DNA of 64,000 bases from an uncultured Planctomycetota bacterium (GTDB lineage Bacteria > Planctomycetota > Planctomycetia > Isosphaerales > Isosphaeraceae), in assembly GCA_963823665.1 (NCBI GenBank), contig CAWGMQ010000004.1, forward strand, positions 2,912,001 to 2,976,000, written 5' to 3'. The translations under genes and the position numbers were made by a program. Below, one piece after another: positions 35,501-44,921 of this stretch. Position 1 is the stretch's first letter. Every line of letters starts with the position of its first letter. The notes under the pieces were generated by a model. The model worked only from the letters and a program-made list of their open reading frames with translations. It was not told the origin of the DNA and did no database searches.

Positions 35501-36732
35501 ACGATCGCATCGAACGATCCGGGCGGGATCTCGAGATCAAGCTCCTCGATATCGCCAGCCCACAGATGGTCAAGCCGCTCGCGCGCAGCAGCGGCAGCTT
35601 GCATATCAAGCTCAATGCCCGAGACAGTTGCCTGCTGCCGCTGTTTGATCGCCTCGCCGAGCATTCCCGCGCCGCAGCCGATATCGAGCACACGCCGCGC
35701 AGTCTGGGGCACAAGCGCCACGACCTCGGGCCGGGGATACCCAAAATAAAACGGATCAGGACATGCGTTCCCGTAGGGTGGGTGCAACCCACCATCCGAC
35801 GCCAAAACCGCCCGCTCCACGCTGATGGCTTCCGCCCCTTCCGCGTGGGTTGCGCCTCCGCTCCACCCACCCTACAGGAACCGCACTCTTCGAACGTGCT
35901 TCCTCCGCTTGCCGCAGGATCGTTTCCATCCGATGGGCATAAGTGTGCTTCGCAATCGCCTCGGCCCGCCCCGCGGCGGCGAGCCGCTCGCGCAAGGCCT
36001 CGCGTTCGAGATAGAACGCCAACTTGTCGAGCAGATCATCGCCATCGCGGTAAGTCGCAAGGTGCACGCCATCCCGGAACAGCTCGGCCAGGCCGTTGTC
36101 GCTCAGGTCGTTGGTCAGGAGCATTGAATCGCAGGCGACAGCCTCGAACACGCGCATATTCACGTATTGCGAATGCTGCGATTGAACACGATGCGTGCGG
36201 CCGAATACGTGCGTGCCATCTCATCGAAGTAGCATTGGCCGATGAACGAGTTCCGGTATCGGCGTTGGATCAACCCCAGCAATTCGCCTCGCGGCCCCGG
36301 GAAGACATTTCCGACGAACGCGATGTCGTATTGCTTGGGCACATCGTCGTGTTTGCGATGAACACCGGGATCACAAGCCAGCGGCAGCCACGAAGCCGAT
36401 TGGACGCCGATGCCGCGGAGTAGATCGACCCCGTCGCGCTGGGCGGCAAACACCATGTCGAACCGGGGTGCCTTTTCGCGGCAGCGGTCAAAATCAAGGT
36501 GCGTATCGATCGCCCAGAATGCGCTCGGGCGGCAATCCGCGGGCAGGTGGTAGCGCAGTCCGTCATCGATATTCAGGTAGAGGTCGAAGCCGGTACGAGG
36601 CATGCGATCGAGCTCGTGAGGTTGAAAATGCTGGACCTCGACGAAGCGCTCGAGTGCTCGTTGACAATAAACGCCGGCCGTTTCGGGCCGCAGGGTGGTA
36701 TCAAAGACGATGGCGACGCGTTGGATGTCCAT
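32555..36732 (-). CDS. Multidomain glycosyltransferase: CgeB/GT-B-like + SAM methyltransferase + GT2 + GT2 + TPR (frameshifts ~36163, ~35830, ~32850)
   Basis: WLPLACDP, NMRVFEAVAC; VLDIGCGAG, DVLEHL; IVVDNGSTDG, LLNND, FEDDDYC; SLCMIVRD, VDTGSVD, WCDDFSAARN, DSDD; TPR helices. Confidence 0.85.
34287..34333. repeat. Palindromic element inside a CDS (reads PHPAFGHPLPASRAR)
   Basis: CCCTCGCCCGGCTTGCCGGGAGAGGG hairpin plus GGCCGAAGGCC hairpin, in the linker between the two GT2 domains. Confidence 0.65.
35773..35875. repeat. REP doublet inside the glycosyltransferase locus
   Basis: GTAGGGTGGGTGCAACCCACC ... CCACCCACCCTAC; same family as the intergenic copy at 6895-6959. Confidence 0.8.
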
Positions 36733-37073
36733 GGTTGTTGTCCGGGTGCGTGGGCCGCAGATCGAAGTTGTATGGTGTTGGCACGAACCGAAGCTACAAA
36801 TACGGGTAGCCACTGTTTGCAGAGCGAGAGCGATTGTGGAGCGGGCAAGATGCGATCCGGGACTGAGAGCAAATGAAATGCACCTCGCCACGGGTGGAAC
36901 ACTGATCGAACGCGGATGGGAATGGTAGTCGGGACGAGCTGTGGGAGTTGGAACCACAGACCTGGCCCGGTGGCTCGGTCGTATGGCGGTCACAGGATGG
37001 TGAGGCACTGGGAATTCGCGCCGCTACTCTGAGCCGGAGACTCGGGACGGCTGTGCCCGGCGAATTCACTGAT

Positions 37074-37103
37074 TCTGAACAGGAGGTAACGAAGGTAACA
37101 AAG
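37074..37103 (+). repeat. 30-bp dispersed repeat, copy 2
   Basis: TCTGAACAGGAGGTAACGAAGGTAACAAAG. Confidence 0.8.
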
Positions 37104-37157
37104 TCGCGACACGTGACACAGGAGAGGAGGAAGAGGCCCATGCTTTGAAACCTTTCG

Positions 37158-38952
37158 CTATCTCACCAGCTCTCTCAGCAGTGGCCGCCAGTATCGCTTG
37201 ATGACATCGGGCCACATGAAGTCTTCTTCAAATCGCCTGCGCCCGGCCAGGCCCAGGGTATTCCGAAGCTGAGGCTCATCCAGCAATCGCCCAATCTTCT
37301 CCGCCAGATCAAACGCATTTTCCGGCTCAAACAGCAGCCCAGTGAGCCCATCACTCACCGTATACGGCAACCCCCCAATCCGGCTGGCAATGACAGGTTT
37401 GCCCGCCGCCATGGCTTCGACCGAAGTAATGCTCAGCGCATCCTGAGCAATCGTCGGCACCAAACAAATATCCGCGGCCCGATAATGCGCGGGCAGTTCA
37501 TCCTGCGAGCACCAGCCGACTGAGCGGGTAAACTCATCGATCGGCCCGGGCGGGTCGAACGTGACCACGAGCTCGAAGTCCGTGCGCGTCTCGCGCAGAA
37601 TCCGGCAAGCCTCCTGCGCGACATGAAAGCCCTTGATGACCTCACCCGCGACGGCTGCCATGAACAATCTGATTGGTCGGTTCGGCACCACCGCGTCTCC
37701 GGGAGGGCGAGACTCGTGCCGAGCTGCGCATGCGTCGCCGGCGGCTCCGTCTACCAAGCCACTGACAACTGACAACTGGCCACTGACACCGGGCGAAGCG
37801 AAACGCGCGGGATCAATCCCCCAAGGCACAATGCAAACACGCCGGGCGAACGGCTCGAGCAGTGCGGCTGTGATCGGATTGAGCACGAGCACGGCCTCGG
37901 CCTCGAAGAACATCTGGCGCATGAGGCGGTCGTATTCCGGCGTGCCGACTTCAGCGAGGGCGCGTTCCACCTGGTGCAGCGCCCCGGAATGCTGCCCGCG
38001 TTCGGCGAGGCACTGGTGGCATACGTGCGGAGTCGCGAGCTGATTCCTGGGGCATTGCTCGGCTTTCACGGGCCCGATGCCGAGCAGTCTCAGGTTGTTG
38101 AGCGGGCAAAGGCATTCCTGTGCCTGCATCAGCAGGACCGTCGGAAAACCGCGCATGGCCTCCGCAAGGTGCGGCTTCAAGTTCCATGTGTCGGAGATCA
38201 CGACGTAGTCTGGGGCGAACGAGTTCACTGCGTCGCGAAAGCGCTGGCGGATCGCGGGCACGTTCCACTCGGTTTCGGCGAATGCAAGTGCCTCGCTGGC
38301 GACCAGGTCGTCGCGTGTGACCCGGCCGATGCCCCACGGCTCAAACTGGGCATAGAAATGCCGCACGTCGAATCCGTCTCGGGCGAGGAATTCGGCCAGG
38401 CCGGCCGTATGCATGTTCCCGCCGCCAGTCGACGGCCAGTTAAACAGCAAGCTGAGGACGGCGACGCGCACGGGCGCGGCTCGCGCGGCTCCGGCGCCGC
38501 CGCGCCGTCCTCCTCATTCGGATTTCGATTTTCGAGCTTCGAATTTCCGAGCCCGGGCGACCAGCTCATTTCCGCGCGAACAAGCCCGAAATTCAGCCGG
38601 GCAGGCAGACACCCCCCATCCGCTTCAACAACCCCTCGCCATTGCTCGCAAGCCTCCTCAAACTTCCCCTCCATCGCGTCAAGAACCGCGAGATCATTTT
38701 GAACGAGAACCTCGAAGCCGCGGGTTCGTGCCCCTCGCAAACCCGCGCGCCAGCCGCAGATAGGCGGCCCGAGCGTCCTCATATCGCCCCTCGCGCCAGG
38801 TCACAAGCCTTCCAATACCCACCCGGCAGCCCGTTTCGAGCACCCGCCCCGCCGTCCCCGTTTCGAATTTCGACATTTGAGTTTCGAGTTTCCGCCCGCG
38901 GCTCCTTCGCCTTCTTCTCACCGCGTCCGGAAGTCTTCCCGTGCCTGGCCAT
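37158..38952 (-). CDS. TPR + GT4 glycosyltransferase (frameshifts ~38790, ~38710, ~38475)
   Basis: AAGGAG RBS plus ATG at 38952; TPR-like YEDARAAY and NDLAVLDAMEGKFEEA; GT4 motifs IKGF, EAMAAGKPVIASRIGG, TGLLF. Confidence 0.8.
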
Positions 38953-39046
38953 AGCCGCAGCTCCTTACGGAAGAAAAACCGCGATCTATCCGTGCTTGTC
39001 AGGTTCCGATCCATCTCTGGAATTGCCGATCGGTGGCTTCGACCCC

Positions 39047-39157
39047 TGTTTCATCCTTTTCATCTGCGTCCATCTGTGACATCTGCGGACAGTTCCGCTC
39101 TCCCCTTCTGCCTCAGCCCTCCGGTCACCGCACATCGACTGCGTGCATCTGTGGACC
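39047..39157 (+). repeat. CATCTG(C/T)G periodic repeats
   Basis: catctgcgtc catctgtga catctgcgga ... catctgtgga in the intergenic gap. Confidence 0.6.
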
Positions 39158-39178
39158 GTCGATCCTCTCCGAAACTTC

Positions 39179-39561
39179 TCACCCAGAGCCATTCTGTAGA
39201 TCGGGCCACTTCGCCAGCGCATCCTTGAGCACCCGATTGCCAGCGCTGGGCAATGCAGCTTATCCGGCGGCATACCATCAAGCGCCTCAATCAGATCATC
39301 GACCGTAAGCTCCCTGCACTCCGCGATCGATTTCCCTTTGATCATCTCCGTCAGCATCGACCCACTCGCGATGGTCGGCCCGCAGCCGACCGTGTGATAC
39401 TTGGCGGAGGCGATTCTGTCGTCTTCAATTTTCAGGTAGAGGATCATGAACGCCCCTCGACCTGGCGCGCCAGCATGGCCGGTCAGGTCGGGGCTTTCGA
39501 TCGACCCGCCGTTCCGCGGCGCCATGACGTGCTCGGTCAGTGTTTCGGAGTACTTTCCCAT
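39179..39561 (-). CDS. IscU/NifU-N-like protein, degenerate (frameshift ~39235)
   Basis: EHVMAPRN, GCGPTIASGSMLTEMIKGKS, PPDKLHC; the first motif reads GAPGRGAF instead of GAPACGDV. Confidence 0.85.
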
Positions 39562-39672
39562 GTTTGAAACTCACGCACCGCGACTCTTGAACCCAGGCCT
39601 TGTCGAATTATGTTGAAAAGACGTCTGACTGCCTGAACGGCCAGTGCACCGCCGGCGCCGGCAGAGCCGTCC

Positions 39673-40013
39673 TCAGCCCTCTGGGTGCTCGCGGCACAGG
39701 TAGAGATACACAGGCTGGCCGTATTTGACTGCCGGCCGCAGCTCGCCGGTCTGGGGATCTGGCTCGACCACGAGATACCGCACGGGGTTGTCCCGGAACG
39801 GCTCGGTCGTACCGTCCGGTTGTGTGACGACGTACAGACCCCTGGTACGGTCGTGGGCGAAAGAAAAATGCCGGGGAGTTTTCGAATCTCGTAGGAGTAG
39901 GTGACCACTCCGGGTGTGCCCTCGTAACAGACAGGACCCGGCCATCTCGCTGGCGCGTCGGCCCCGCCTGGTTCGCTGGGCCGACGGGCTTCGGCGTCAA
40001 ATTCGGAATTCAC
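39673..40013 (-). CDS. Small hypothetical protein (frameshift ~39865)
   Basis: GGAGG RBS plus GTG at 40013; joins GPVCYEGTPGVVTYSYEIRKLPG to AHDRTRGLYVVTQPDG..YLYLCRE. Confidence 0.6.
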
Positions 40014-40137
40014 TGCGGGCACCTCCAAAGAAACGAGCCGACGGCGCGAGTGTGAAAACGAAACGTCGTTGTAACACGCTTCTCGAGGCATGCCATCACG
40101 AGCGTTTGTCGGAGAACTGCAGGATTCCGGCAATACC

Positions 40138-40288
40138 AATCGCGTCCCAGTTTCCGTCCCACGGCGCACACTAATCGCGTCCCAGTTTCCGTCCCGCGCA
40201 GTTTCCGTCCCCCAGTTTCCGTCCCAGAACTGAAGGCTTCCGCTAATCGCGTCCCAGTTTCCGTCCCCCGCGTCCCGGTTTCCGTCCC
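40138..40288. repeat. Irregular cluster of GTTTCCGTCCC repeats
   Basis: Six GTTTCCGTCCC cores, three extended to AATCGCGTCCCAGTTTCCGTCCC. Confidence 0.85.
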
Positions 40289-40448
40289 ATCGTGTGATGG
40301 CGTGAGACTGGCGAGCACCGGGGAGATCGAGAAGATCTGAGCGACCGATCGGCTCTGTTCCGTCTCCAGGTTTTGTTGGAAGAGGTTAGCCAACCCGCCG
40401 GCTGCCGGCGCTTGCAATGCCTGCACTCGTTCGTCCTGGAAGCGATTG

Positions 40449-40988
40449 TCACGGGTGTTTGGCTCGCGAAACGGTGTATGCCACGGCGGAGACGTCTGGA
40501 AGTTGGACGGGTCTGTCGCGCGATCGCGAGTACAGGGTCACCGGTGCTTGTGCTCTGCGCACCCTGAGAATTACGTGCCCACCTGCTCGCGGAATGTTGA
40601 GTTCATTGCTCGGAGAGTGCGAAACGAGGATAGAAAGCTCCTGCCGGCCGAGCGTGCCGCGGAGACACTCGTCGACGCGCAGCTTTACGTACCAACCAGG
40701 ACGCAGCGTAACCTCCGATGTAGACGTAGCGTCAATTAACTCTCCGCCGGTGACAGGCCCATTTTCTATCACCGTCGCGCGAATGACCACGTCGAGATTC
40801 ACACTCTCGTCGGAGCTCGTTAGGGCTGCGACCGTTTTCGGCGCGGGTCTACCGGATTCGCTCGGCTTCCCGATGGCGAGAGCCGGTCGGCCGCGTTCGC
40901 TACGCCTCGATTTGGGCCCAACGCAAATCACAGCGAGAATTGCGAAACCCAAACAAACAATGACAATGCCTACATGAAACCTCTTCAT
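40449..40988 (-). CDS. Exported/membrane-anchored hypothetical protein, candidate immunity protein
   Basis: MKRFHVGIVIVCLGFAILAVIC N-terminal anchor; lies downstream of the toxin-like fragment. Confidence 0.5.
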   Translation of the reverse strand: MKRFHVGIVIVCLGFAILAVICVGPKSRRSERGRPALAIGKPSESGRPAPKTVAALTSSDESVNLDVVIRATVIENGPVTGGELIDATSTSEVTLRPGWYVKLRVDECLRGTLGRQELSILVSHSPSNELNIPRAGGHVILRVRRAQAPVTLYSRSRDRPVQLPDVSAVAYTVSRAKHP

Positions 40989-41115
40989 GCTTCGACCACC
41001 GGTTGGGGTACGTGAGACCCACGCAGCACTCGACACTCGACGCGCTACCGACATCTCGGCCGGACTCTATATTTTGGCAAATCCCGTCGCGGGCGCACAC
41101 CTCTCGTCGCATCTT

Positions 41116-41300
41116 TCACAGGTTATTCCAGAAGCACTTAGTCGCAACTCCTAGCAAGAATAGATCGTACGCATCGGCAATGACGTTCGCAACATATTCA
41201 CTTCTGCAGCGGCAATCATAAAATTCCGCTACGTCATCATCGTTTCCGCACGCATTTGCATTGTATGTAAGGTGAGTGTCCTCATGGACTGCGTCCGCAC
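41116..41300 (-). pseudogene. Truncated Cys-rich HExxH domain, probable Rhs toxin tip
   Basis: ADAVHEDTH..ACG..DCRCRSEY..KCFWNNL*; cut by the IS66 end; visibly more AT-rich than the flanks. Confidence 0.45.
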
Positions 41301-41461
41301 GTAACCGTCCGGTGGAGTACACGCGGCTAAATGCGCGCGGCCGGCGCACGACTTGCTTCGCGCGCCTGGGAGCTCGGGGCCGATCACCGAGGGCATCCAG
41401 GCCCGCTCGACCGCCGGCCGCACCAGCACGCGCGCAAGCTCTCTGCTCGTGACCAGCGCGG

Positions 41462-43025
41462 TCACTCCACCGGCTTCGTCTCCGCTGCCACCCGTTCTTT
41501 CTTCCACTGATCCGGCAGCAACTCTCTGATTCGCCGCGCGGGGTGCGTGCTGATCCGCTCCAGCACGTCACGCAGATAGGCAAACGCATCCACCCCCACG
41601 TTCTTGCACGTCATGCACAAGCTCATCAGCGTCGCCGCCGTCTTGCCGCCGGCGTCACTCCCGGCGAATAACCAATTCTTTCGACCGAGTGCCACCGGCT
41701 TCATCCCGCGCTCGCTGGCGTTATTGTCGATCGACAGCCAACCCGCCTCGGTGAATCTCTCGAGCGCCTGCCAGTGATTCAAGGCATACCCGATCGCTTC
41801 GCCGATCGGACTCTTGGGCAATACGCGACTCTTTTCCTGTAACAACCAAGCGTGGATCTCATTCAAGATCGGCTTCGAACGCTCCTGGCGCAATGCCCCG
41901 CGCACCGCGTCGTCCTGATCCTTGGTGTCCTTCTCCACCTTGTACAACTGCTGAATCATGGCCATCGCCACGTGCGCCCTTACCGCGTCGCTCGACTTGG
42001 ACTCGTGGAACTTCCGCCGCGCAGTGCGCCCAGCACCCCACTTCGATGATCTTCTTCCCGGCGTAGATCGCGTCGTAGGCCGAATACGCGTCGGCTTGAA
42101 GGTAGCCTTCATAACCATCGAGCATCCGCTGCGGTCCCTCGCCGCTGCGATCCGGCGTGTAGTCGTACACCACGTGGGGATGATCGCGATCCCCCAGGTA
42201 GTCCCAGAGCCGGCCTGTCCGCGTCTTCCCCAAACTCCGGTCCAGAACGGGTACTGGCGTGTCGTCAGTCTGAATGACCCGCGATTTGAGGATCTCGCAG
42301 TGCATCTCCGCGACGATCGGTTCCAACAATTCGGCAGAGACCGCCATCCAATCGCACATCGTCTGACGAGACAGCTCCACGCCGTGACGGCGGAAGATTC
42401 CTTCCTGCCGATAAAGCGGCAAATGGTCGGCGTACTTGCTGACGATCACCTGGGCCATGAGCCCTGGGCCAGGCAAACCTTTCTCGATCGGCTCAGGAAG
42501 TCGTTCGGCAATGATCACGTTGGCCTGGCATGCCTTGCACGCGTACTTGGGCCGCACATGCTCGACCACAATCAAGCTGGCCTGAACAAATTCAAGCTGC
42601 TCGCGAACCTCCTCGCCAATGCCGGTGCGGATGACGCCGCAGTCGGGGCACGGGAGTAGTTCGGGGAGAACGTCGTGGACCTTGCGCCGGCGCTCGAGGC
42701 TCCTGGGCAGCGGCTTACGACCGTGCCCGTTCTTCTTGGTTGGTTCCGCTTGGCCAACCGACTCGGTTGTCTTCGCGTCGGCAGCCGGTGGGGCCGCAGC
42801 GGGGTCGACTCCGGTTGCTTCCAAGATCTCGCGGGCGAAAAGGAGGAGTTGGTTGGGGTCGAGCTTTTCGGTCCTGGGGCCGTAGATCCGCCGCAGGAGC
42901 TTTTCGAGCTGATGCTGGAGGTGCTCGTTCAGGACGGTCTGCTGGCGCAGCGTCTCCAAGAGCTCGCGGATGAGCTGATGGGCGGTTTCCAGATCGGTGG
43001 GGAGTGAATCGGCCGCCGTCGTCAT
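41462..43025 (-). CDS. tnpC: IS66 transposase TnpC (frameshift ~42020)
   Basis: CPDCG zinc finger, KYADHLPLYRQ, TDDTP, ADAY, GCWAH, IDNNASER, GRKNWLF, ELLP. Confidence 0.93.
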
Positions 43026-43075
43026 ACCGTTATTACGGTCGACCGCCGTCAATGTGACGAGAGATTCTCAGAAGA

Positions 43076-43456
43076 TTATACGAGTGCATCTGCCTGCGAG
43101 ATGGGGATGGGCGCCGGCAAAGTGTAGCGTCGCTGGCGGCCCGCGGTGCGTAAATCGATGCCGGCGAGGATGGCAGCCATCTCGGCCGGCGAGACTTCGA
43201 TGCGGTTCGCCGTGGGTTGAGGGAAGCGGAAGACGCCTCGCTCGAGCCGCTTGTACCAGAGCGCGTAGCCATCGCGGTCCCAGTAGAGGATCTTGAGGCG
43301 ATCGCCCCGCCGATTGCGAAAGACGAAGAGATGGCCGCAGAGGGGATCCAAGCCGATGGTCGAAGAGGTGAGGGCAGCGAGGCCGTCGAATCCCTTCCGG
43401 AGATCCGCTGGCCCAACGGCCAAGAAAATGCGGACTGTGGGTGGGAAGTTGATCAC
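43076..43456 (-). CDS. tnpB: IS66 TnpB accessory protein
   Basis: DLRKGFDGL, LFVFRNRRGDRLKILYWDRDGYALWYKRLERGVF. Confidence 0.95.
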   Translation of the reverse strand: MINFPPTVRIFLAVGPADLRKGFDGLAALTSSTIGLDPLCGHLFVFRNRRGDRLKILYWDRDGYALWYKRLERGVFRFPQPTANRIEVSPAEMAAILAGIDLRTAGRQRRYTLPAPIPISQADALV

Positions 43457-43848
43457 GGCCGATCTTCCAGGACGTCGAGGAGTTGATGAAGGGTCGCCGG
43501 ATCAAAGCCGGGTGGAATGCGGACGAAGTGTCGTTCACTCACGACGAGCTCGAGCGAGGCGGGTGGATGGGAGACGTGGGGGTCGGCCGTAGAAACCCTC
43601 GATTGGGGACGGACAAGCACAGGAAGGAAGGCGGGGAGCGCGGAGCTCGCCGGGGCAGAGACCGGCGCCGGGCGACGGCTTTCCGAGGGGCCGGCGGTAG
43701 GAAATCCGCCACGGAGACCGTATAGCCAACTGCGGAAGGAGCTGACGGAGATATGACGGCGGCGACAAAACTCAGTTTGGGTCAAACCAGAGCGGTGGAA
43801 GTCAGCCAGTATGGCTGACCAATCGCATTTGGGAATAGCGCGGGACAT
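43453..43848 (-). CDS. tnpA: IS66 TnpA accessory protein
   Basis: W...RSGLTQTEFCRR HTH, FLPV, VRIPPGFDP; overlaps the tnpB start. Confidence 0.88.
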   Translation of the reverse strand: MSRAIPKCDWSAILADFHRSGLTQTEFCRRRHISVSSFRSWLYGLRGGFPTAGPSESRRPAPVSAPASSALPAFLPVLVRPQSRVSTADPHVSHPPASLELVVSERHFVRIPPGFDPATLHQLLDVLEDRP

Positions 43849-43932
43849 GCGTGGACTCCGGTGCGTGAGGGCACCGGCTTATCCTGACACCAACCCCCGC
43901 CCGGATAAAGATGCACTTCACCGGACGGTTAC

Positions 43933-44085
43933 TGTGGTTCGTCAGATTGGTCACATACCCGAAACTCGTCAAGTTCCCAAGGCCGTCGCCGGTGCTCAGG
44001 AGATGATTGTTTGAGTCCCAATTGTAGGTGGTGATGTTACCCACGTAATCGGTGGCGCCCACCAGTGCATGGCCGTTGAAGCTAA
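43933..44085 (-). pseudogene. Rhs/YD-repeat fragment
   Basis: ATDYVGNITTYNWDSNNHLLSTGDGLGNLTSFGY; truncated on both sides. Confidence 0.7.
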
Positions 44086-44359
44086 GTGCTCCATTTCACA
44101 ATTAACTGTGCGGTTCAGCGCGAGCCTAAGGAGGGTATCCGCACGATGGGGCCTCTGCCGCATAACACCTCCCAAAACCGCGCGGTTAACGGTGAAAGAG
44201 CAGTAAGCGCGGCTGGCGGGCCGAACGATAGGTGGGCCGCCTCTTCCCGCCGCCGCGCATGGCGCGCCATTGGCCTTACAGGCGTGCTAAAATCTCACAA
44301 GGCAATGTGCGAATTCTCCTTTTCATTCCTTCGACATGTTTCCGGATGAGGGCCATATC

Positions 44360-44770
44360 ATGCACCCGAAATTCGCGAAAGCTGACAGCCTGTCCGGCGA
44401 GATCATTGGCGCCGCCATCGAAGTTCACAGGATCATGGGGCCAGGATTGCTCGAGAGCATTTACGAGCGGTGCCTCCTCCGTGAGCTCACGCTGCGGGGC
44501 ATTCCCGCCGTCAGCCAGCGCATCGTTGTCATCAATTACAAAAACGAGCAGTTCGAAGAGACGCTCAAATTCGATGTGCTGGTCGATGATTGTCTGCTCG
44601 TCGAGCTAAAGGCGGTCCAAGACGTTCGCCCCATTCACAAGGCACAATTGCTGAGCTACATGAGACTGCTGGACGTGCCCCTGGGATTGCTCTTCAACTT
44701 CCACGAGATCAAGCTCGTCGATGGAATGTCGCGTCTCGTTCTCGCCGGCGCAAGCAGCCTTTCAACATAG
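44360..44770 (+). CDS. GxxExxY family protein (PD-(D/E)XK-like nuclease)
   Basis: IIGAAIEVHRIMGPGLLESIYERCL, FDVLVD, VELKAV, AQLLSY, GLLFNF. Confidence 0.93.
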   Translation: MHPKFAKADSLSGEIIGAAIEVHRIMGPGLLESIYERCLLRELTLRGIPAVSQRIVVINYKNEQFEETLKFDVLVDDCLLVELKAVQDVRPIHKAQLLSYMRLLDVPLGLLFNFHEIKLVDGMSRLVLAGASSLST

Positions 44771-44921
44771 GGAGGAGAGAGCCGCACGGACAAAGCGGTA
44801 AGGGGGCGGGAGGCAAGCTCGACCTGCTGTTGAACGTACACGTGGTCCGGCTCGCTGGCGGAATCTCGCTAGCCCTCGCGAGCCGTGCAGGGAAACCTCG
44901 AACATAGGGGGAGAAAGCCTT

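Larger units (their letters stand above)
41301..43932 (-). mobile_element. IS66 family insertion sequence
   Basis: Terminal IRs GTAACCGTCCGGTG(G/A)AGT(A/G)C (18/20); tnpA-tnpB-tnpC order; the 8-bp flanks differ. Confidence 0.93.

Noticed and set aside
36733..37008. N-terminal extension of the large glycosyltransferase
   Set aside because: Not protein-like; the plausible start is MDIQRVAIVF at 36732
40138..40288. CRISPR array
   Set aside because: Spacers are too short and irregular, repeats are partial, and there are no cas genes
41116..41118. Selenocysteine or readthrough TGA in the toxin-like ORF
   Set aside because: I could not identify a SECIS-like hairpin; an ordinary stop is simpler
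42010..42030. Programmed frameshift in IS66 tnpC
   Set aside because: It falls in the conserved CWAH-xRR motif with no slippery site, and matches the window-wide indel pattern
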